From Candidatus Hadarchaeales archaeon (GTDB lineage Archaea > Hadarchaeota > Hadarchaeia > Hadarchaeales > WYZ-LMO6): a stretch of 43,509 nucleotides of DNA. Both the position numbers and the translations under genes were made by a program. Positions 37,723 through 43,509 of the stretch are shown one piece after another. Location of the stretch: positions 1-43,509 of the forward strand of contig JAWCKR010000010.1 in assembly GCA_038851755.1 (NCBI GenBank). The letters are read 5' to 3'. Under the pieces are notes generated by a model, which worked only from the letters and a program-made list of their open reading frames with translations, had not been told where the DNA came from and did no database searches. Position 1 is the stretch's first letter; every line of letters starts with the position of its first letter.

Positions 37723-38721
37723 TTGAGGGCCTTCGTGGAGGGCCTGCCCAAGGCCGAGCTCCACCTCCACCTGGAGGGGACGCTGGAGCCCGAGCTCATG
37801 TTCGAGCTGGCGAGGAGGAACGGGATCGAGCTGGGCTACGGCTCGGAGGAGGAGGTGAGGTCCGCCTACAGGTTCAGGGACCTGCAGGACTTCCTGAACC
37901 TGTACTACCGGGGGGTGGGGGTGTTGAGGGAGGAGGAGGACTTCCGCGAGCTCACCCTGGCCTACCTGAGGAAGGCCCGTTCCCAGAACGTCCTGCACGC
38001 CGAGGTCTTCTTCGACCCCCAGGCCCACACCAGGAGGGGGGTGGGGTTCGGGACGGTGGTGGAGGGGATCCGCTCCGCGCTGGAGGAGGAGGGGAGGAGG
38101 GGGATGAGCACGAGGCTCCTCATGTGCTTCCTGAGGGACCTGCCCGAGGAGGAGGCGGCGAGAACGCTGGAGGAGGCCCTCCCCTACAGGGACCTGATAG
38201 CGGGGGTGGGGCTCGACTCCGCCGAGGTGGGCCATCCCCCCTCCAAGTTCAGGAGGGTCTTCGAGAGGGCGAGGGAGGAGGGGTTCCTGCTGGTGGCGCA
38301 CGCCGGGGAGGAGGGACCCCCCGAGTACGTGAGGGAGGCGCTGGAGCTGGGGGTGGCCAGGATCGACCACGGGAACAGGGCCATGGAGGACCCCGGGCTG
38401 GTGGAGGAGCTGGCCAGGAGGGGGATCCCCCTCACCCTCTGCCCCCTCTCCAACCTCAGGCTGGGGGTGGTGAGGGACCTCAGGGAGCACCCGCTGAGGG
38501 AGATGATGAGGAGGGGGCTGAAGGTGACGGTGAACTCCGACGACCCCGCCTACTTCGGGGGCTACGTGAACGAGAACTACCTGGCCGTGCAGGAGGCCCT
38601 GGGGCTGGGGAGGGAGGAACTCGTGACGCTGGCCAGGAACTCCTTCGAGGCCTCCTTCCTGACGGAAAGGGAGAAGAGGGAGAGGCTGAGGGAGCTGGAG
38701 AGGTACGTGGGGAAGGGCTGA
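37723..38721 (+). CDS. Adenine deaminase of the adenosine deaminase family
   Basis: [50 protein letters not shown]. Confidence 0.9.
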   Translation: MRAFVEGLPKAELHLHLEGTLEPELMFELARRNGIELGYGSEEEVRSAYRFRDLQDFLNLYYRGVGVLREEEDFRELTLAYLRKARSQNVLHAEVFFDPQAHTRRGVGFGTVVEGIRSALEEEGRRGMSTRLLMCFLRDLPEEEAARTLEEALPYRDLIAGVGLDSAEVGHPPSKFRRVFERAREEGFLLVAHAGEEGPPEYVREALELGVARIDHGNRAMEDPGLVEELARRGIPLTLCPLSNLRLGVVRDLREHPLREMMRRGLKVTVNSDDPAYFGGYVNENYLAVQEALGLGREELVTLARNSFEASFLTEREKRERLRELERYVGKG

Positions 38722-38807
38722 GGCCCTGCCCTCAACACCGGGCGGAGGACCGACCAAAACTTCTTATGGGGCATTTCCACAGTTCTAAAAAAAGGAGGTG
38801 AGGAAGA

Positions 38808-39167
38808 ATGGCAGACATCACGGCTCTGATGGACATCGTCTCCGGACTCGTGCTGCTGACCGGCGTGATGGCCCTGATCCCTGCTGTGGGCAAGTACCTG
38901 GAGAAAGCTTGCAAGGCCATGGCCGCCTACCAGGTCCCCATCGGGGTGATCTCGTTGATCGTGGGCATCCTGGCCCTGCTCGACGTGATCTCCGGCGGGC
39001 TCGTCCCCTCCGTCTTCGCCATCCTCGCGGGCATCGTCCTGGCCATAAGCGTGCTGGGGGCTCTTCCGGCCGTGGGGAAGGTGCTCCAGAAGGTCGCCAA
39101 GGCCATAGGCGGAGTGCAGGTGATCTTCGGGATCATCGTGCTGATCGTCGGGATCCTGTACCTCTGA
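38808..39167 (+). CDS. Small 4-TM membrane protein built from two internal repeats
   Basis: Strong SD GGAGGTGAGG; repeats PAVGKYLEK..Q..IG....IVGIL and PAVGKVLQK..Q..FG....IVGIL. Confidence 0.85.
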   Translation: MADITALMDIVSGLVLLTGVMALIPAVGKYLEKACKAMAAYQVPIGVISLIVGILALLDVISGGLVPSVFAILAGIVLAISVLGALPAVGKVLQKVAKAIGGVQVIFGIIVLIVGILYL

Positions 39168-39173
39168 GCCCCC

Positions 39174-39188
39174 TTTTTTCTTTTTTTT
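39174..39188 (+). terminator. Oligo-T archaeal terminator
   Basis: T6-C-T8 directly after the stop codon of 38808-39167. Confidence 0.7.
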
Positions 39189-39310
39189 CGCGCGCCCACC
39201 CGTGTCACCCATCCGGTGGCCCGCGCGCGGCCCGAGGTTTTACCAAAAGAAAGGTAAAGTTTTTAAGGCAATGCTACAAGTGTCGAGAAATCCAAATGGA
39301 GATTAACACA

Positions 39311-41200
39311 ATGTCAAAAAGGAGAACGGGGGGGAAACCGGGAAAGGTGCGCGAGAAGGCGGGGGGGGAAGTGGAGAAGCTCGAGGGCATCCCGCATCCG
39401 GGCGTGCACGAGTTCGTCTCCCAGGCGGTGGAGCTCTGCCAGCCGGCGAGGATCTTCGTCTGCGACGACTCCCCGGAGGACCTGGCCCACATCAGGCGCA
39501 TGGCGCTGGAGAGCGGGGAGGAGGGGCCCCTCTCCATCCCCGGCCACACCTACCACTTCGACGGCTACTTCGACCAGGGGAGGGACAGGCAGGCCACCAG
39601 GTTCCTGGTGCCCAAGGGGGAGCACCTGAGCCCGCGCCTGAACCAAGTGGAGAGGGAGGAGGGCCTCTCCGAGGTCCTGGAACTGCTGAGGGGCTCCATG
39701 AGGGGGAGGACCATGATCGTGCGCTTCCTCACCCTAGGCCCTAGGGACTCCCCCTTCACCATCCCCTGCATGGAGTGCACGGACTCCTGGTACGTGGCCC
39801 ACTCCGTCAGCCTCCTCTACCGCCGGGGCTACGACACCTTCCTGAAGCTCGACCCGAGGGCGGAGCTCTTCAAGACCCTGCACTCCTCCGGGAAGGTCGA
39901 CGAGCGGATGATAAGCGTGGAGCACGAGAAGAAGAGGATCTACATCGACTACGTCACCAACACCGTCTACAGCGTGAACACCCAGTACGCGGGGAACTCG
40001 GTGGGGTTCAAGAAGCTGGCCCTCAGGCTGGCCATCAGGAAGGCCCACAGGGAGGGCTGGCTGGCCGAGCACTTCATGATCATAGGGGTGAGGGGGCCCG
40101 GCGGGAGGAAGACCTACCTGGCCGGGGCCTTCCCCAGCGCCTGCGGGAAGACCTCCACCGCCATGCTCCCCGGGGAGACCATCCTGGCGGACGACATAGC
40201 CTACGTCAGGAACCTGGGGGGGGTCTGCAGGGCCGTGAACATCGAGGCCGGGATCCTGGGCATCCTGCAGGACGTGAACCCCCAGAGCGACCCCCTCATC
40301 TACCAGGTCCTCACCAGCCCGGGGGAGATCATCTTCTCCAACGTGCTGGTGAAGGACGGGAGGCCGTACTGGCTGGGGATGGGGTGCGAGCTGCCCAAGG
40401 AGGGCATCAACTTCTGCGGGGAGTGGAGGGAGGGGATGGGAGGGCCCAACGGGAAGCCCGTTCCCCCCGCCCACCCGAACGCCAGGTACACCGTGAGCCT
40501 CTCCGCCCTCCCCAACTGCGACCCCGAGCTGGAGAACCCCCAGGGGGTGGAGCTGGGGGGGATCATGTTCGGGGGGAGGGACTACAGGGCCTACGTCCCG
40601 GTGCAGCAGGGCTTCAGCTGGGAGCACGGCATCGTCCTGTACGGGGCGGGCCTGGAGACGGAGACCACCTTCGCCATCATGGAGGAGCCCAAGTTCGAGA
40701 TCAACGTGATGAGCCTGCAGGACTTCCTCTCCATTCCGCTGGGGGAGTACGTAAGGAACTGCCTGGAGTTCGGGAGGAAACTGAAGAGAGCACCGCTGGT
40801 CTTCGGGGTGAACTACTTCCTGCGCCACCCGAGGACGGGGGAGTACCTGAACCACAGGCTGGACAAGCACGTGTGGGTGAAGTGGATGGAGAGGAGGGTG
40901 CACGGGGAGATGGGCGCGCTGGTCTCCCCCACCGGCCTCATCCCCACCTACGAGGACCTGGTGGAACTCTTCAGGGAGGTGCGGGGGAGGGAATACACGA
41001 GGGAGGAGTACGTGCAGCAGTTCTCCGTCAGGGTGAAGTGGCTCCTGAAGAAGGTGGGGAGGGTGGAGGAGTTCTGGAGGAAGGAACAGGGCACGCCGGA
41101 GGAGGTCTTCAGGGTGCTGGGGGAGACCCGCGAGAGGCTGGAGGAGCTCAGGAAGAGGTTCGGGGACCCGGTATCCCCTGAGAAGCTCGAGGAGGAGTGA
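39311..41200 (+). CDS. pckG: Phosphoenolpyruvate carboxykinase (GTP)
   Basis: GSMRGRTM, QYAGNSVG.KK.ALR, EGWLAEH, AFPSACGKTSTAM, HPNARYT, VNYF; the start could be 39296. Confidence 0.96.
   Translation: MSKRRTGGKPGKVREKAGGEVEKLEGIPHPGVHEFVSQAVELCQPARIFVCDDSPEDLAHIRRMALESGEEGPLSIPGHTYHFDGYFDQGRDRQATRFLVPKGEHLSPRLNQVEREEGLSEVLELLRGSMRGRTMIVRFLTLGPRDSPFTIPCMECTDSWYVAHSVSLLYRRGYDTFLKLDPRAELFKTLHSSGKVDERMISVEHEKKRIYIDYVTNTVYSVNTQYAGNSVGFKKLALRLAIRKAHREGWLAEHFMIIGVRGPGGRKTYLAGAFPSACGKTSTAMLPGETILADDIAYVRNLGGVCRAVNIEAGILGILQDVNPQSDPLIYQVLTSPGEIIFSNVLVKDGRPYWLGMGCELPKEGINFCGEWREGMGGPNGKPVPPAHPNARYTVSLSALPNCDPELENPQGVELGGIMFGGRDYRAYVPVQQGFSWEHGIVLYGAGLETETTFAIMEEPKFEINVMSLQDFLSIPLGEYVRNCLEFGRKLKRAPLVFGVNYFLRHPRTGEYLNHRLDKHVWVKWMERRVHGEMGALVSPTGLIPTYEDLVELFREVRGREYTREEYVQQFSVRVKWLLKKVGRVEEFWRKEQGTPEEVFRVLGETRERLEELRKRFGDPVSPEKLEEE
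40993..41103 (+). repeat. Direct repeat copy 1 (inside the pckG 3' end)
   Basis: 111 bp identical by eye to 43399-43509. Confidence 0.95.
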
Positions 41201-41341
41201 ACCTTATCCCTCGTGGATATGGCATCTGTACTTCTCATAGAATAGAATTTGTGAGAAGTTAAACTGCCAAAAAATAAGGATGTCCTGTTGGAGCTGGACC
41301 CTTCGCGGAGGGGGCGTTCTTGGTGCCTTAAAAGACTACGG

Positions 41342-41444
41342 GTGACCCCCCAAGAGGAAAGGACCCAGGATAGGGGACAAAACCGTCTCGATGGTGCCGG
41401 CCTTCAAGTTCCTGCTCGGCTTGGGTAAATTTTTGGCCTCGTGA
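41342..41444 (+). pseudogene. Possible C-terminal remnant of a COG1373/DUF4143-type ATPase
   Basis: Two frames read VTPQEERT and RIGDKTVSMVPAFKFLL, resembling that family's C-terminus; recognition by eye only. Confidence 0.3.
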
Positions 41445-41496
41445 GACCAAGGGCGGCCGGCCATACGGGTGGGGGATGGCCGAGATCGGCTTTGAG

Positions 41497-41532
41497 TTAA
41501 CCAAACTTATAAATAATTATAAGTTCGGTTAA
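41497..41532. promoter_or_regulatory. Palindromic operator overlapping the TATA box of the AbiE operon
   Basis: TTAACCAAACTTATAA-ataa-TTATAAGTTCGGTTAA (15/16 inverted repeat), 8 bp before the ATG at 41541. Confidence 0.8.
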
Positions 41533-41540
41533 TTGATAAG

Positions 41541-42203
41541 ATGAGGGACATCACAAGGCCCAAAAGGATCCCCCTGCACATGAAAATCAAGAGGGCACGC
41601 CACAGAGAGATCGCGATGGCACAGGATGTGGCTGTGGAGGCGTTCTATCACGTGTTCCCTCGCGGCGTCCTGCACGGTGGCACGGCGATATGGCGCTGCT
41701 ATTCGGGGAACCGGTTCTCGGAGGATGTCGACGTCTACATCCAAAGAGACCTGAAGAAGATCGACGCCTTCTTCGAAGCCCTGAAAAAACGCGGTTTTGA
41801 GGTGACCAAGAAAAGGGTGAAGGAAAACGCCCTGTATTCGGCCCTGAAATTCGGCGGGGTGGAGATAGGCTTCGAGGCGATTTTCAAGCGCGCTAAAGGT
41901 GTATTGAGAGAATACGAAACTTACGAGGGCAACTTGTTGAGCGTCTACACCCTGGACCCTGAAACCCTAATAGAGGAGAAAGTCGACGCCTACCTGAAGA
42001 GGAGGAGGATCAGGGATCTGTACGATGTGTTCTATCTCCTGAGGTTTGTGAAAAAGGCTGAAGCCGTGAAACCGAAACTCTTGAAGCTCCTCCAGAACTT
42101 CAAGGAGCCCGTCGACGAGAAAGAGCTCAAGGTCCTGCTGCTTTTCGGAGCAATCCCTGACAAAAAGGGGATGCTCGAGTACATTGAAGGGTGGGCGAGA
42201 TGA
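41541..42203 (+). CDS. AbiEii/AbiGii-family nucleotidyltransferase toxin (type IV TA)
   Basis: LHGGTAIWRCYSGNRFSEDVD, EKVDAY..RRRIRDLYD. Confidence 0.9.
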   Translation: MRDITRPKRIPLHMKIKRARHREIAMAQDVAVEAFYHVFPRGVLHGGTAIWRCYSGNRFSEDVDVYIQRDLKKIDAFFEALKKRGFEVTKKRVKENALYSALKFGGVEIGFEAIFKRAKGVLREYETYEGNLLSVYTLDPETLIEEKVDAYLKRRRIRDLYDVFYLLRFVKKAEAVKPKLLKLLQNFKEPVDEKELKVLLLFGAIPDKKGMLEYIEGWAR

Positions 42204-42772
42204 GCGGCCGCCTCGTGAGCAGGGTGAGGGAGTTCCTCCGGAGCACGCCGGTGGCGAACCTGCAGTCGATTTCGGCCCTGGTCGGCAGCAAAAACTACGC
42301 CTGCGTGGTGATGAATCACCTTTTGAAGAGGGGCGAGGTGAGGAGGATAACACGGGGGTACTACACCATCCACGACGACCCCTCCCTGCTGGTGTACTGT
42401 CTGAAGCCGGCGTACATCGGACTGCAGGACGCGATGAGCCTCCACAACCTGTGGGAGCAGGAAACTTCCCCGATAATAATCACGAGCAGAAGGGTGAGGT
42501 CCGGCGTCAGGAAGGTCATGGGGCACAACGTGCTGGTGAGGAGGATTTCCAGAAAGTACTTCTTCGGTTACGAGCATCACAGGCACGGCGATTTTTACCT
42601 GCCCGTGAGCGATGTGGAAAAGACGCTCCTGGACATGATCTATTTCGGAGAGCTGGGGAAATCCGTGGTGGGAAAATTCAAGCCCAGAATCGACCGCAAA
42701 AAACTCGATGAATATTTGGAGAAGTATCCTTCAAAATTTAGGAAGAAAGTGTCGAACCTACTGTTCTCGTGA
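42200..42772 (+). CDS. AbiEi-family antitoxin/transcriptional regulator
   Basis: wHTH LLKRGEVRRITRGYY; PAYIGLQDAMSLHNL; YFFGY; VSDVEKTLLD; ATGA overlap with the toxin gene. Confidence 0.87.
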   Translation: MSGRLVSRVREFLRSTPVANLQSISALVGSKNYACVVMNHLLKRGEVRRITRGYYTIHDDPSLLVYCLKPAYIGLQDAMSLHNLWEQETSPIIITSRRVRSGVRKVMGHNVLVRRISRKYFFGYEHHRHGDFYLPVSDVEKTLLDMIYFGELGKSVVGKFKPRIDRKKLDEYLEKYPSKFRKKVSNLLFS

Positions 42773-42882
42773 CCCGAGTTCACCTTTTAGACCGAGACCG
42801 TGGAGCACTACTGAGCATCCCTCTCGGGCTGGACTGGGGGGACTTGGACATCCCCTGACGGGACCACAACCATCTCAAACAT

Positions 42883-43041
42883 CTAGGCGAACCCATCGTT
42901 TCCCGAATCCACTTTCCTGCCTCCCGGAGCCTGCGGTGGAGGAGGTGGCGGTGGCACAATTGGCAAAATCTTAGACTCACTTCCCTTCCAAAAGATGGCG
43001 GAAACTATATTCGTGTCCGCCACAACCGACGCAGGCTTCAT
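42883..43041 (-). pseudogene. Truncated PIN-domain (VapC-like) toxin remnant
   Basis: MKPASVVADTNIVSAIFWKGSESKIL matches a PIN N-terminus (V.DTN..vSA...G), then loses similarity and stops early. Confidence 0.6.
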
Positions 43042-43272
43042 TCCGAATGCCTGCAGTTCCTGATTGCCCGCTCGGATCCTTTCTGGCAATCTTCCGTTCT
43101 TTTTCCTAATCGGCCTGACCAGCAGTGAAAAAAGTCCTGGTTCCGGGGCTTCCTTCTTTAGGATTATCCTATCTCCCGCCGCATAGACCAGCATCAGCTT
43201 CCCCTCTTTTATCTCGAATTCCTGTCGGATTTCCTTCGGGATTACCAATTGCCCTTTGACCTAAGTCTTCAT
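43042..43272 (-). pseudogene. AbrB/MazE/SpoVT-family antitoxin with an in-frame stop
   Basis: MKT*VKGQLVIPKEIRQEFEIKEG..DRIILKK; TAG at 43261-43263; reads in frame into the PIN remnant. Confidence 0.72.
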
Positions 43273-43294
43273 GTCCAGCAGCCATGTTTAAGTT

Positions 43295-43340
43295 GTCTTA
43301 CCTAGTACAAAGGTATCCATCTGCAAATCCTAGGTAAGAC
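43295..43340. promoter_or_regulatory. Inverted-repeat operator upstream of the AbrB-PIN pair
   Basis: GTCTTACCTAG (43295-43305) and CTAGGTAAGAC (43330-43340), a perfect 11-bp inverted repeat. Confidence 0.65.
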
Positions 43341-43398
43341 TTTGGTTGTGCTGTTCGCTAAAATAAGCCCTCCCCCACCGCTGAGAATGGTGGGGGGG

Positions 43399-43509
43399 AT
43401 ACACGAGGGAGGAGTACGTGCAGCAGTTCTCCGTCAGGGTGAAGTGGCTCCTGAAGAAGGTGGGGAGGGTGGAGGAGTTCTGGAGGAAGGAACAGGGCAC
43501 GCCGGAGGA
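43399..43509 (+). repeat. Direct repeat copy 2 of the pckG 3' segment (continues to the window end)
   Basis: ATACACGAGGGAGG...GCACGCCGGAGGA identical to 40993-41103. Confidence 0.95.

Larger units (their letters stand above)
41201..43398. mobile_element. Lower-GC toxin-antitoxin islet bracketed by a pckG 3' duplication
   Basis: More A/T-ending codons than the flanks; TA genes and remnants only; direct repeat at the boundary; no integrase seen. Confidence 0.55.

Noticed and set aside
39189-39232. CG-rich possible hairpin between the terminator and the pckG promoter as an ncRNA
   Set aside because: Short and imperfect, with no recognisable RNA family features
43261-43263. In-frame TAG in AbrB as pyrrolysine or readthrough
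   Set aside because: TAG is an ordinary stop for many genes here, no pyl genes are in the window, and the downstream toxin is also decayed
1-43509. CRISPR array, cas genes, rRNA, integrase, transposase, intein
   Set aside because: No regularly spaced repeats or matching motifs seen by eye

Overview
GC-rich archaeal chromosomal segment. Archaeal markers include aRF1, archaeal SAM synthetase, archaeosine TGT, a class I CCA enzyme, the thiolase-HMGS-DUF35 mevalonate cluster, TATA-type promoters and an intron-containing initiator tRNA. A thermophilic lineage such as Hadarchaeota is my guess and is not established. Most of the window is housekeeping: asd, guaA, dapB, secDF, trmI, mat, tgtA, prf1, pyrH, valS, dph6, cca, an adenine deaminase and pckG. 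Three parts are not. (1) 347-4012: an operon of six N-terminally anchored proteins, several pilin-like with class III signal peptides. (2) 24.7-32.5 kb: a type IV pilus ATPase and membrane platform, small accessory ORFs and a surface transglutaminase, arranged divergently from a membrane-anchored tandem OB-fold protein and an orphan TctA-family permease. I propose this is an archaeal DNA-uptake (competence) module. (3) 41.2-43.4 kb: a lower-GC toxin-antitoxin islet with a toxin-first AbiE pair behind a palindromic operator and a decayed AbrB-PIN pair, bracketed by a direct repeat of the pckG 3' end. I also found several small ORFs missing from the ORF track, including a 38-aa CxxC-x5-CxxH micro-protein. 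All calls rest on motif recognition by eye; no searches were run.
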